Under the pieces are notes generated by a model that saw nothing but the letters and a program-made list of their open reading frames with translations, was not told the origin of the DNA and searched no databases. Position numbers and translations under genes: made by a program. A stretch of DNA of 64,000 nucleotides from Amphiscolops sp. MND2022 (taxonomy: Eukaryota): NCBI GenBank assembly GCA_964187785.1, contig OZ076409.1:16804001-16868000 (forward strand), written 5' to 3'. Of the stretch, positions 1 to 12,727 are shown one piece after another (within the stretch, counting starts at the first letter, position 1; every line of letters begins with the position of its first letter).

Positions 1-618
1 TTCCATCTTTACCTGTTAAACTATCTGCATTAGCCCTGTTGTTTGTCAATCTGGATTGTCTTTCTTGATTGTCGTCGTCTACAAAAAATATTTTGTTTTG
101 TTTCTAGGAAGAAATTAACTATAAACTAAAACACAGGCCTTCCTGAATTTTGAGAACTTGTGCTATCGCTTTCTACTGGTGATGTGGCTACAACTGTTTC
201 CTCGGAATTGTCAGTCTCGCCAGATTGATCCTAATCCATATCTTGATACCATGCAAAACAGGCCGATGCAGCAGTTTGTCGTCTTGGGTGATCTATGGAA
301 AAAGCTCAAAATTAGAGTTTTGATGAACCAAATAATTGAATAAACGGTCTATATTCAACATTATAGAAGGACAATTTTGTTATAGAACATAAAACTAAAT
401 GAAACAACTTTTAATTAACATATGGGTCACTTTTGACCCTTTTGGTTGTTCGCGGAAGAAATTTATTTGCTCAGAGCTTAACAAGCTTATCTGTAGTAAG
501 AACTTAATATATGTAACAAAGTCACGAAACATCATCCTTCTAATTCACCTCAAAAAGCTACAGTAAACAAATCAAAATGCAAAGGGGTCAAAATTGACCC
601 ACCGGTGGTCCTTCTAGT
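1..618 (-). mobile_element. piggyBac-like DNA transposon, 5' end (runs off the window start)
   Basis: The minus strand from ~618 reads ACTAGAAGGACCACCGGTGGGTCAATTTTGACCCC, with a related GGGTCA..TTGACCC motif at 424-439, as in piggyBac-type ends. The minus-strand translation near base 1 ends ...NRANADSLTGKDG, like the GKDGxxW of piggyBac transposase N-termini. No TTAA target site is preserved. Confidence 0.5.
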
Positions 619-659
619 AGCCACGAAAATTAGAAAATTGTCCTTTGAAGTTTGACCTT

Positions 660-1800
660 CATACCATTTGTAAGCCAAGTGCAACAAAAGTGAACTTCAA
701 GTGGAACAAATAGAAACTTCAAGTGAAACAGTGCATAAACGGAAACTCAAGTGAATCACTAGACATTCAAGTGAAACAAAACGGAACCTCATGTGAAACC
801 TTTCACTTCTCTATTTGTTTCCATTTTAAAATTTATCATTATTCCGTTCTTACGCTTCATCGAGAAAAACATTTGTCAGTTTGCAAAGGCTCAATTAATT
901 GAAGGAAACGATGAATAATTCCTTGAAATTGCCAAAATACTGATATTAAACGAGGGACAGCCCATACAATTGTTGCAAGGAAATACAATGACGTGGGGTA
1001 ACACGAAAGAAAACTGTATTCCAAGTTCGACGAGGAGATGAATGCAGCAGCAACGGAAATATTGGGCGAAACTCCTCGCACATTCACGGATCATGTTTAG
1101 CTATTCATAATATAATGCCAGCCAAGCCTGTCGTATCTTTGAAATCGTCTGCCAACACATAGGAAGGCCTCGCGTTTACATTGAAAACGCCTCGAGATGT
1201 ACCTGCCCAACAGATTACGATCAAGGTGAAAGATGATCGTTACATCTACGCTGAGTGGCTGACCAAATACAAGTATGAACTCTCGCAAGGTTTACTTAGA
1301 TGAGTTCAGCGTCAATATCCATACCAGACGCAACCAGGGAAGGAGATTTAAGTGGATCAGAACTTATCGAACAATGTCCAGGCAGAAAGGACATAATTTA
1401 GCAGTATGCATTGTTGCTTCATCTGTAAATGGCCTGGTTTATTACGAAATTTATCGTGGAGAGATGAATACGGTAAAACTTCACAGTTTCATTGAAAATT
1501 GCAGAGGGAATCTCTTCGATGATAATGCTGACAACGAATCGGTTATATTATGTTTGACATTGCCCCGTCCCACCAAAATTTTGAAATCACTGAGGTTAAC
1601 GTGATGAACGAGGTCCAGTCTTTTTCTCAATCGAGCCAAAAACGCAATATCGACGTGGATGTCAAATTTTAAAACTCAGTTTAACGCGAGACAATATGAG
1701 GTTATCAATATTACAGATGAGAGACGGGCTGGTCAATCCCTGGCTGAATATCGTTTTTGTTTGATAGGAGAAATTCTTAAAATTTCAATAGATGCATCAT
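660..1800 (+). pseudogene. Degenerate Tc1/IS630-superfamily (DDE) transposase with upstream short repeats
   Basis: ORF 1275-1604 contains VYLDE (first D). After a frameshift come FDIAPSH (~1553, DNAxxH-like) and FLNRAKNAISTW (~1623, FLNPIENxxSxW-like). CAAGTGAAAC-like repeats occur at 677-800. Confidence 0.7.
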
Positions 1801-1824
1801 ATCCGAAAACGTTCCGTCGTGTCT

Positions 1825-3100
1825 CAAGGTAGCTAAAGTAGTGCCGCGGTATAAAGAAGGAGATGCCAATTCATTCGAGAACTATCGTCCAATTTCATTA
1901 CCGTCTCCATTAGCTGAAGTTTCCGAGCGTGCAATATACGACCGGAATTTTCTCAAAGTGGTTTCTTACTCAAAATTTGATATCTTAAGTGTTGATCAAT
2001 TTAGTACCCGTGAAATTTACAAAACGAGAGATGACCTTGTATGTGTCGTTGAATATAAAAATGCTGTCTCTTTAAAAAACTGTCTTCTACTTGTGCTTTC
2101 AAAAACGTGAGGAAAACTTTCGATACAATTGATCATAAATACTAATAGAGAAACTTCATGATTATGGTATCAGAGGACCTATCTTTTCCTTGCTTCGATC
2201 CTATTCATAGCTGGAAGCAATTTGTTCCAAGTGGGGATGAACACTCCTGTAAGAAAGAGTTTGTTTGAGGTGTATCCCAGGGTTCTGTTGTTGGACCTCT
2301 GTTTTTCATCTTGTATGTCATTGACTTCCCTTGCTTCGTAGACTCAGATGCGAAATATTTTGTTGAAGATAAAGCTTTGTTTGAGCGGTTACGTGGATCG
2401 AATGTACATAGTCTCGCTTCAAATGACACTTGGATGAAAGCGAACAAAATAAAACGCAACGTCGACAAGTCTAAAGCTTGTTACAACCTCTACGAGTTCT
2501 TTATCACTGGAATTTGGTCAGCTATATACAGTCAATAAACCTCATTTGAAATACCAGGAGTCGAAATCGAGGAATGTTTGTCGTTCACAGATCACATTCA
2601 TGAAAATAGAACCAAATTGTTTTACTGTAATTACATCGCCTTACGTAAAAGAGCGATTCTAACATGATCCCAGTTATCAATCTATTACAGAACACATGTC
2701 AAGCCAATTGTACAGTATGGCATTTTAGTTTACGGTTGCACTGCCTTTTCTATTCTGCACGAAATATTCAATGTTCAATAACGAAATATTCGATCTGTCT
2801 GTTTTCCACCCAAATACGATAATGTGGCAATATAACTGAAAATGAACTTCCAAGTGTTTACGAGGTCCAGTTTCATGAAATTTTGAAATTTGTTTTGACC
2901 TGCATCCGTGAAAAACATTCGCAAAAATCGCTCGAGGAAATGTTAACACTCTAAGAACTTTGCTATTGTTTACGCTATATGGCTAGACTCGAGTCTTCGG
3001 TTTCTTTCGGAAACACAAAAAAATTCAATCATTCGTTAGCGAAACGGATTCCTAATTTGTATAATAATTTGTCTAGAAATGAAATTGGTGCCTTACCCTA
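1825..3100 (+). mobile_element. CR1/L2-group LINE reverse-transcriptase remnant
   Basis: AKVVPRYKEGD..ENYRPISL (1832-1900) and GVSQGSVVGPLFFILYVIDFP (~2270-2330) match LINE RT motifs. There are many stops and frameshifts. Confidence 0.8.
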
Positions 3101-4801
3101 TAATTCAACCTCAAAACTCTACAGTCTCTATCGGATTAATCGATATCGTCATACTTTTTTCACACGCTTCAGATTAGGATATCCAGAGTTGAAAGACTTC
3201 GTCTTCGATGTCCGAAAATGATCGTTTCAGAACAACGAACACGAGCTGTTTTTTCAGTCTCTTTAGGGATGATGGACGAAAAGAGACCATTGGAATCTCT
3301 CCATCTCCCATAAGCTTGCGCCCCTGATGTAAAATTTCCCGCGTTAGTGTTCCAATTAGCTCTTATCTTTGGTCTTCGTGATCATAGTGGGCTCTTGAGC
3401 CAAAAAAGTCGGGCATCAGTTGTGCGGAAGCTGTTATTATGATGGTGGTTATCAGTGGTCACGAGTTCCATTTTTTAAACCTTTTTCGAGCTGATTTTAG
3501 TTATTTTTTGTCTCCCCGGCTAATGCTGACTCCTCTCACATAAAGGTATTTCACGAGATGAAAACCTTTCATCAGGATGATTCAACTAGACTTGGATACT
3601 ACGTTTCTCAATGACAAAAATTGCGCATTTATTGAGTTTTTCGTTGTTTACAAGAAGATATATCCACGCGTGAGTTTTTCTCACTTCATCTACTTGAGTC
3701 TTCACTAGTCCTTAACAATGTCACCAGTAGACTAGGGGTGTCTCACAGCAACAGTTACCGTCGCTTCTAGATTCGGCCCCTAAGCTTTTTTTTATTTTGT
3801 GAGAACTCTGCTTTTTTTCCGGCTAGTCTGCAATGCAAGACACTCGGACCATTCAAGAAGAAAGTTTTAAAAAATAAAAACCAAAATACACATATTCTAT
3901 TGCGTGGAATGAGGCTTCCGTCAAGCGGGCGTTTGCCTTTGGAAGCCTTTCCTGTTGAAAATATGTCATGTTTTTCTCCTTATTGAAATTGTTCTTTTTA
4001 GTTCACCAGATAAATTGTTATCATTTTTGTAAAACGTTTTTGGATGGCCTGCATGTTTTGAAAGTCAAAAATGTGCTGAAAATTGAAGGAGGCTCTCATT
4101 TTTATTGGTTGATTAAATCAATAACTGGAAGTTTAATTAGCTGCTCAAAGTTGTTTCACATCAACTTAAACCTTTTGAAACGTCTGCAAAACGAAACGCA
4201 AACGTATGTTGCGAACACAGCGATGAATGTAATGAAACGCCTCATAAACTAGCGTACCGAAAAGTTATGGAAACTTAATTTGAAACCTCAAATCGCTATG
4301 AAATTGTAAATATTAAATAGGTAGGAAAGTCATTGGAGCAACATTTTCTCACTTGTCAATCAGAAGTACATGTGGTCTTGTTTGTTTTCAACGCACAAAA
4401 CAACTACAAAAGTTAGTAGCAGATAAAGTCTTCGCTTCTTCACTTATGGCAGTTTATGAAATTTATCATGCAATATCCCAAAAACGCTGTTCTCAACACA
4501 AAAAGTCTTCCAGACAAACTTTGTACAACTGATTCAGATCTCTAACTTTGGAGTTTAATAATTTTTATGAATTGCCCTCTTTAAGAATTTTCGTCAAAAA
4601 ACTACGGCAAGATTCAAAATCTTCAATTATTTCCTCTGCAAAAATGTTATTTTGATGAGAGACGATTGGCTGTTTATTTTTGAGGATGCATTTTCAGAAG
4701 ATCTGTTGAGTATAAAAGTTGAAGAACGGTGTCACGGCAGCAAAAATGATCGAAAGTTTTTCTTCTGACCAATAGTTTCTAATGTTCTTCTTTGATTTTG
4801 C

Positions 4802-5037
4802 TGTAAAAATATAAAGTGTTTCGAAGAACGTGTTTCCAAAATTTAAGTGTTTTTAATTTACCAACTGATCGTTATATCGAAACTATGGTTACTGATTCTT
4901 CTGTATGTGTCTAATCTAACGTACATTATCTATTTAAGCATGTAAAAGCATACCAACAAAAATATAAATCATCATTGTTCATTTAGATCAGTTTGAATGA
5001 CAGTTGTTGAACCGATTTATTTGAGATTGGTATAACA
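4802..5037. repeat. Candidate LTR copy 1 (diverged direct repeat of 9005-9227)
   Basis: Starts TGTAA and ends TAACA. It shares blocks such as CTAATCTAACGTACA, ATCATCATTGTTCATTTAGATCA and TGACAGTTGTTGAACC with 9005-9227. Confidence 0.55.
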
Positions 5038-5039
5038 CC

Positions 5040-7950
5040 GTGGGGAAGCTTCCATCTAAGCTTTCGATGGCCCAGGTATTGGGCTCTTCTCACATTCAAA
5101 GTCTGACGGTCTCGCTAGACTTCCCATCTGATTTCTTCCGGTAAGTCCTGAAACGAAGTTTTAACAACCATTCAAAATTTATGTCCAAATTTTTTTTGTA
5201 TACTGTACGTATCCATTTGGTTGTCTACATTTCCTACTTGATCTTCTAGTGGATATAATTTCGATTGTTATTTTTAGTCGGCGCTTTTCTTAAGAAAAGA
5301 GCCTGACCATTACAGTCACTCGTTTTTTTTGTTTAAGACAGACTCGAAGCGACGAACGTTAAAATTAACGTTCAACTACTAAATACAGTACTACCAAAAT
5401 ACTGGCAGCGCATTTGAGATAGTGCAAAGGGTCCCCCCTTTCAGTAAGTCCATTTTTATCGTAAGATACAAAACAGGACGAGACTATAGGGTCCCCCCTT
5501 TGAGTTTTTTTGGCACTGTACGACTTTTTTTTCGAAAAAAAAAATTTTTCCCCAAAGGGTCCCCCTTCGAGTTTTTTGATATTTTGCAACGGAATGTATG
5601 TTAATAAATCCAGAAGGGTCCGTCCCCCTTTTACATTTTTCTGCACTATGCGACTTTTTTTGAAAGAAAAAAATTTTCAAAAAGTTCAATTTTTTTCCTA
5701 AAAAATCTTTTGCGCTGTTTGAGCCTTAGATATGGCGCCGACTTCAGACGTTCCCGTCTTGTTTTCTTGTTGCTCTCGCCGGTTTGAATTTCGCCAGTGT
5801 GCAAATTCAGTTGATCTCAGGGATTTGATATTATTTGATTCTTTACGGACGCAACTGGATTTTCGATTTCGATTTCATTTTGGTCTTGATCTTCGATTTC
5901 TCCTTCCTTACTTTCCAATTCAGTGCCCCTTTCCGGGTGCAGTTTTGCGTTATTTTCAGTTTTCTATTCAAGAGGTTTCCAGGATTTCATTCCGTCTACT
6001 CCGCGGAGACAAAGTCTGTTTTGCGGTCCCTTCTTTCTTTTTGTCGCTCTGAAATACAATAGGTACTCAAATATGTTTCCGATGAGTCATTTTCCGTCTT
6101 CGACGTTTGCATTTTCCTTTGGAAATTTCCTTTGAGTGACATTTTGTTAAAGTTGTTTTATATAAAATTGGAATGGTATTCACCAAGGTATGAACAACCG
6201 TCTTCAATAATATTGGTCAATTCGTTTCTCGCCTTCGTGCCGTGGTGTAGCTTAAATGGCGTTAGTTTTAACACTGGGTGTGTTGTAAATCGCATTCCTT
6301 TTACCGCTTTATTACCACATTCGGTCAGGGATAAATTATTTTCCATATTAACTATATTCAAAGACTTTGTGATTTTGTCTGTGCGTTCAACTACTCGCGT
6401 ACCTGTATGTAGTCCCGGTGGGCAGTACTCAATTTCAATATATTCCTATTTGAAAACCGGTATACTCAATGGAGATACTACCTTCGCCCTCATCCGGTTC
6501 GATCTTGTCTGTTTTTTCGTACAAATAATATTACAGTGGTCCTTGTACTAAGTCCACCAACCACTTACAGTTCACTTTCCCGTTCAAGTTTTTGTGTACT
6601 GTTCCGGAAAAATTGAATTACAGTTCATTTCCGGTTCGGTGAGTGTTTCTAGTTTCCCGCAGTCAGATTTCAATAGTTGATATTCTAGGTTCTTACCACT
6701 CGATTAGCATTATTCGGATTTTGTCACTCTTCCATCAATGTCTCGTGTAAGGTTTAGCCACTAGAAAAATTTTGCTTCTTCTGCCATCTTTGTGTTTCCG
6801 GCATTTCGGTAGTCAGGGTATCCAATAGCTTCTTTCTGAGTTCGAGGACTAACATTTTATCATCGTTGAATATCAGTCCCAATATCACGGATAAGCCGTT
6901 GAATTGTTGTTTATAACCCCCCTGTGCCATATCGCAGTCGTTTCGGTTTATTGGCAGATTCACCTTGTTTAATTCGGCGTCTGTTGTCGATTCTGATATC
7001 AATGTTTCAAATCTAGCATGAAGTCCATCTCAGCTATCTTGATGGTTTCCTCCGTGGTTTTCGTTCCTTCCGTTAATGTTCCGATGATTTGATTTATTTG
7101 AACGTAATGAATTTTTCCTCCGTTTTGTACTTTCTCAGGTCGACGATTGGCAGATTGTCTCCTCTTATCATCTGGCTTTCCCTCTCATTATCCTTCAGAA
7201 GTTTATCGGGCTTTGGTTCAATTTCTTCGGTTGTCTCGTTTTCGGGTGCCGCCATTGGTTGATAGCCTCCGCACATCATCTCACTTTTTTTTCATTCTGA
7301 GCTTTTTCTCCTTTTCACTTTGTCAGGAGCTTTTTGTTTCTTTGAGCGATCATGTATTTTGAAATACGAAATTCTTCGGCTCTTATCCTCTCGAAGCTGC
7401 AATCTTTTTCCGCCAAAAGTTTTCTGGTGATTCTGTCGTGGTTTGTTGTGTCCAAAAGAATTCTTCCCTATTGTGATATGTATATCTTTGCGGTGAGACG
7501 CATTCAATGAATAGTCATATTAAATCTTTAATCGCTGTTTTGTCTGGTTCGGTCTTTTATTCTTTCCGTGTCTTTTAGTACAAAGGGTCTGGGTCAATGC
7601 TTTATATAAAATTTTCTTGTATTTTGTTTCCTTTATCGGTCCAACTACTTTTGTCATTCCGGTTGCCCGTAATAATTGTGTTATATCCTTTTAGATTTTC
7701 GTTTTTTTGTGCATTGCCGAAAATTTTCGAGCCATGGTTGCGGTGTAAATCTCCGTCGGTGATGGCTCAAAATTCGGTACTTCCGTTGGTTTTTTTTGGC
7801 GTCATTGGCGTCATTTTCTTGGTTTCAATAAAAAGTAACGTCAAAGTGTGCTGACTGCGCCATGTTCTTTTTTGGGGCTCGAGCTTAGCGAGATGCCCAT
7901 ATGGTGACGTTTTTTTTCGCAGATTTCGTGACATGTGCCAATTTTTCAAA
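5040..7950 (-). mobile_element. Degenerate Ty3/Gypsy LTR retrotransposon internal region (integrase fragments)
   Basis: The minus strand at 6440-6200 reads IEIEYCPPGLHTGTRVVER...MRFTTHPVLKLTPFKLHHG (integrase core with catalytic E region). A pre-integrase segment lies at 6754-7002. The region is heavily disrupted and interrupted by a HINE-like copy. Confidence 0.7.
5271..5765 (+). mobile_element. DINE-1/HINE-like non-autonomous Helentron-type element, copy 1
   Basis: 5' TTTTTAGTCGGCGC plus adjacent inverted repeat; internal GGGTCCCCC modules; 3' GCGCCGACT + hairpin AGACG-TTCC-CGTCT + TGTTTT. Confidence 0.65.
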
Positions 7951-7954
7951 CTTG

Positions 7955-8830
7955 TGAGGCAAATTTCTCAAAACCCAGAACAGATACGGACACCATAAGT
8001 TCGCTAAAAGTTGCGCAAGATCCTAGGCTACATTTTCGCCGCTAAAAATTTCCGAAAAAAATTCGGCTTGGTAGGTTTTTTTTCAAAAGAATTTTTGAAA
8101 AAACGCTATTTTTGCCTATTTTTCATCTTTGATCCCCTATATCTCAGAACTGAGACCGAATACAGGGTCCATAATTTCGTAAATTGTACAAGCGTTTTAT
8201 AGGCTACATTTTTGCCCAAAAATAACGTCAAAATTTTTTTTCATACTGGATGTTTTCGGGCAAAAAAGAAGACAAAAATTTTTTCGAAAAAATTTTTCTC
8301 ATTCGTAGCTCATATTTCTCAAAACTGATAAAAGATACAGAAACCGTTCTCTTTTGAGAAGAACAGCGTAGATATAGGCTACTTTTTGGACCAACAAAGT
8401 TACCGTCATCAAGTATGACGCCCTCGATTTTCTGCCAAAAAAACTTCGATTTTTTCCAAAAAAATTTCTTGGGTCTTTTTTACTTGAGCTCGTATATCTC
8501 ACGACCGAGACCAAATATGGGGTTCATGGTTTCGTTAATTTCACGAGGCTTATGTAGGCTTCGTTTTAGGCTAAAAGTGATATCGAATTTTTTTTCGCTC
8601 TGTGTTTTTCTTAGCAAATAAAGTAATGAAAAAGTTTTTCTGAATTTTTTCTATTTTTTTTCAATTTGTAGCTGACTTTTCCAGGAACTGAAAGTAGATA
8701 CGAAAACCATTCTCTCTCACAAAGTGAGGCAAGTATGTAGGCTACTTTTTGTACTATCAAAGTTTCCGTCATGAGGTATGACGCCTTCAGGTTTCTGCCA
8801 AAAATACATTTTTTCATTTTTCTCATTAAA
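7955..8830. repeat. Diverged ~180-bp tandem array (5 units, alternating dimer structure)
   Basis: The anchor TAGGCT recurs at 8024, 8200, 8375, 8555 and 8738 (spacings 176, 175, 180, 183). Confidence 0.75.
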
Positions 8831-9004
8831 AAAATTCCTTCATCTTTTTAGCTTTTTCATCAAAATATCCTCATCTGAGACTGGATAAGTTCACAAGGTT
8901 GTGGGCCCTGGAACACAAAGAATTTGTAACACCTTCTGCAGACCATTGAACGTTTCTGCTCGAGCCCAAGCGCGACATGCCGTCGCGCCTATGTTTGACT
9001 TTGG

Positions 9005-9227
9005 TGTAATATTGTTAAGTGCTTCTAAGATCGTTAATTTATCAACCGACCGTTATATCAAATCAATGATAACTGCATTTTTTTTAAATATCTAATCTAA
9101 CGTACAATTATGTATTTAAGTAAGTAAATATGCACCAACAAAATTAAGAATCATCATTGTTCATTTAGATCAATATGATTGACAGTTGTTGAACCCAATA
9201 GATCGGGATCGGCTGCACCGTATTACA
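9005..9227. repeat. Candidate LTR copy 2 (TGTAATA...TATTACA)
   Basis: 223 bp with perfect 7-bp inverted termini (TG...CA); similar to 4802-5037. Confidence 0.6.
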
Positions 9228-9961
9228 TCTGAGATATTACTTAAAAGAGTTGAAAAGATTCAAAAGTTCCTCAAAATAGAGTATGATATAACTTTTGAAT
9301 TTTGATTCGATTTCTCAACAAAACATACCTTCGTATTGCTGATCAAAATTCAAATTACTTTTGCATCTGTGCCATTTTTGTAAAAGTCAAAATTTTCAAT
9401 GATTCCTCGCTATGAAAGTTTTCGCCTGTCAAATCGACCAACTTTAGCTTTTTGGTATCCTAGTGTATCTTGTTTGTACCTTCACTTCACTAGAGAAATA
9501 GTAAAGTGATTTGAGAAGAGGCACAAAACTGGTCGCAAACAATTTATCGACTTCTGAATGCGCAAAACGCGTCTCAGTGAGTGACACTCACTAGGAGTAT
9601 GAGAGGATTGATCCGCTGATACTTCCGCATGAATAGAGCAAATGGATAATTCAGAGTTGGCTATGAACTTTGTAAGCAGAAATAGAAGACCAAAATCACC
9701 TCTACAGAGGAGCAACATGAACATTTCAGGTGTTATTTTGACATCATTAATAACTTGACCTAACAAATTTGAAAAATCTAACCAATAGAGGAGTCAAAAC
9801 ACTAACGCTGGGACGTTTGGAGGAAATTTACGTGAAGAAGCTGAGAAATAAAAATAGTTAAGTTTTACGTTTAGAGCTAGATTTGTTGACATATGAACTC
9901 TGAGGATTTTGTGATACGACAACGTTGAAACGAGGAAAGTAAACCCCAGTTTACTCTAACG

Positions 9962-10219
9962 ATGGCTATATCACATGAAGTTATAGGATGGATGATTTTG
10001 CCTCTTTTCCCACTATCGTTGTTTGTGGTGATTACTTATTTTCTGTACAAGGCTTGCAAGAGACACAGAGTTGCAGTTTCAGAGATGGAGGGGTTAAGAT
10101 CCGCCCAGCAACAAGAACCAGCTATTAACATGTATTGTGTCAGGGTGATTCCGGTCCAGACAAAAATAGCCACGGCACCTTCCAGAGAATCCGAAGACGC
10201 TGAGAGTCAGGAAGACTGA
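9962..10219 (+). CDS. Putative 85-aa single-pass membrane microprotein
   Basis: ATG-initiated ORF with an N-terminal hydrophobic run (VIGWMILPLFPLSLFVVITYFLY), then basic KACKRHR and an acidic tail. No homolog recognised. Confidence 0.35.
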   Translation: MAISHEVIGWMILPLFPLSLFVVITYFLYKACKRHRVAVSEMEGLRSAQQQEPAINMYCVRVIPVQTKIATAPSRESEDAESQED

Positions 10220-11450
10220 ACTTCTGTGGTTGAAGAATTTGGATTCATGCAGTAGGATTAGAATGTTTCTTCAATTATTGATGTTTCATTCCATGGCAAT
10301 CCTTGAAATTTGGAAATTTTAATCGAAATTCTTTTTCTAGGGTACATGGCTCATGTACAGGTTTTAACGATAGTTGCAGAATTGATTTTCTATCCAAAAA
10401 ATTATCTCAAGATGTCTACATGTATGACCTCAATTGCTTAACATCCATAACTTGGAAAAATTTCAGCTCTTCAAGCAGGAGTTTTTCTTTTGTCTCATTC
10501 TGAAAGCAAAGCGGTTGTGTGGTCTCGGGCAATTTTGGGATTTAGGAATGTGGTTGCTAGAATGTATACTTTGTCAAAATTTCATGCCCAAAAACTTCAT
10601 TCACAGAAAATCGTACATCTTATCAACAGCTTCTACTGAATTAATACTGATTTAACATTACTTTAACCTAAATAAGCATCATCGACAGCATTGAAGTAAA
10701 AAGGTGTGATTACACGCAATTGACAAGATAATACACGGCGAGGCATTACTTGATCATGTATGAAGTGATCGTCGCCGAAATCATCCACGGTTCTCCTGGG
10801 AAGCATTGAGTTGAATCATCAATTTAAGGAGATGACATCCTATTCTCAAACCATATAACACCTGCGAGTCTGTCCTACCCTACTGAAACCGGATCAGTGC
10901 TCAATCAAGAAGACGAATACGAAACTTCTGGAGAACATTACGGGTCACTAGAGGCCATTGAATATTGAAACTATAGAAAAATATCAAATGTAATACAACA
11001 TCTCCTTATTTTCACAATAACATTTATTATTTAGAGTTTAACTCACCTTTTCTCCAATATTTCAATGGCTCATCTGCTGGTATAGATAATTGGACCCAGC
11101 ATAGTAACACATGGAGATTAAAAACCATCAATCGTCCAAAATTTAAACATTTATCGAATAAATTGCAGCAAACAATCGCCAAGCATGTGACCGAGGCTCA
11201 CAACAAAAAACTTGATAGACATTATTGGCTGAAAACTTTCGAGATTTTATGCTTTTTGGAAACTGAAAGGTTTCACACGTTTGTCTGACGGTTCAATTGT
11301 TATTTCCATAACGGAGAAAGAAATTACTGAGTCGTGTTTTTTTTCCAAAATTTGCCGAGAGAAATTTATACTCAAATTATAGAATTTGTTCCTCAGCAAT
11401 CAATTATTACTTTAGTTTGATGCGACATTTACTTTTCGAGATGTTTGAAC

Positions 11451-11560
11451 GGTGTGCGTCCATTTCACCCCAAAATCATTTCACTCCATATCGTTTTACC
11501 CCATATCATTCCACCCATTTCACGTTCATTTCACTCCATTTTCGTTTCACACCATATTGT
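11451..11560 (+). repeat. CATTTCACCCC-type subterminal repeat array (left arm of a MITE-like element)
   Basis: Tandem CATTTCAC(C/T)CC motifs; inverted counterparts at 12252-12336 and 19423-19470. Confidence 0.6.
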
Positions 11561-11737
11561 AATTATACAAAAGCGTCTCACTTTAATTAACCAATTAACC
11601 ATTAAACTTTGATGGCGTACTGTCTTTGAGTTAGCTTTAATTTGATTGTCAGTTTCCGGCCTGTGGGAAATTTTTGCCGTAGCCAAACAGAATAGGAAAT
11701 TTTTTTCGAAACAGAAGATTCGCAGCATCCATAATCG

Positions 11738-12026
11738 GGTACTCCTGACTGAGTGTGGTCCCTACAAAATTTATGCAGCCGGCCTGATAACTCCTGACTA
11801 AGTGTGGTCCCTAGAAGAGGTTAGCATATTTGTTGAATGGCTTGGTCGCCAAGTAGCAACATTGAGGCATGGCCAGATGGCACGTCGAACTGCTTCGCTT
11901 CGCTCCTGCATAGCTGACTATGTTATAATAATTATTCCGACAAAATATGCAGGGACCACACTTACATTATAGGGACCACACTTAGTAAAGAGAAATAGCT
12001 TGGGACCACACTTAGTCAGGAGTACC
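11738..12026. mobile_element. MITE with GG-starting terminal inverted repeats (TIRs) and 8-bp TSD (Merlin-like)
   Basis: TIRs GGTACTCCTGACTGAGTGTGGTCCC / GGGACCACACTTAGTCAGGAGTACC (1 mismatch). CATAATCG is duplicated at 11730-11737 and 12027-12034. Confidence 0.8.
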
Positions 12027-12251
12027 CATAATCGAAGATTTTGATTGACAGAAAAAAGTTCAGCTCTTTCTTCAAAATTCTGTTCGTACAATTCCGATAA
12101 ATGAAGCTTTTCAGTTTCCATTTTGTAGTTCACATAGCAAGCATCGTTTGCTTATTTAATTGAGAATTAGATTCAAGACATTTTTCTATTAGCGCTAAGA
12201 TTGAAATTCTGTTTCAATAGTCATTAATCTGAGACGCATTTGATAATTTAA

Positions 12252-12336
12252 ATGTGGGGTGAAATGAACGTGGGGTGAAATGAACGTGGGGTGAAATGAA
12301 CGTGGGGTGAAATGAATGTGGTGAAATGATATGGCG
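12252..12336 (-). repeat. GTGGGGTGAAATGAAC tandem array (right arm, split by the BEL insertion)
   Basis: About 5 tandem ~16-bp units; the array resumes at 19423 beyond the BEL element. Confidence 0.75.
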
Positions 12337-12619
12337 TGTGTCTCACCGATAGCCCTACTTTTCTAATGGCGGACCAGGCCGCTCCATCAGCCAAAATTTG
12401 ATTGAAAAGGGAAAAATTATTATTTCCGGAAGAATTGTGTCTAGCAATTAAAACACACAGGATGCGGGAAAACAAAAAACACATGTGAAAGTATTTACAA
12501 AATGCCGAGGGAAATATTCATCAAAGATACATGTATGCTTTACAATTTTGAACTAGAATTTGAAGTCAATTATTTGAAGGAATGATTCATCGATTTCAAA
12601 TAAAATTCCATTCAGATCA
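12337..12619 (-). repeat. BEL/Pao 3' LTR
   Basis: Direct repeat of 19140-19422. Confidence 0.95.
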
Positions 12620-12727
12620 TAACACCGCCTGCCTTGATTTCGCAGGGAAGAAATTAACAAGAGCGTTGAACACGCAAGCGCATTAAAACAAGGCACAGTA
12701 AAAGAAATATAAGGTTAGGGAACAAAG

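Noticed and set aside
5365..5701. Short Phe/Lys-rich ORFs over HINE-like copies (also ~22800, 35600, 45630, 51812)
   Set aside because: They are artefacts of A/T tracts in a non-coding repeat.
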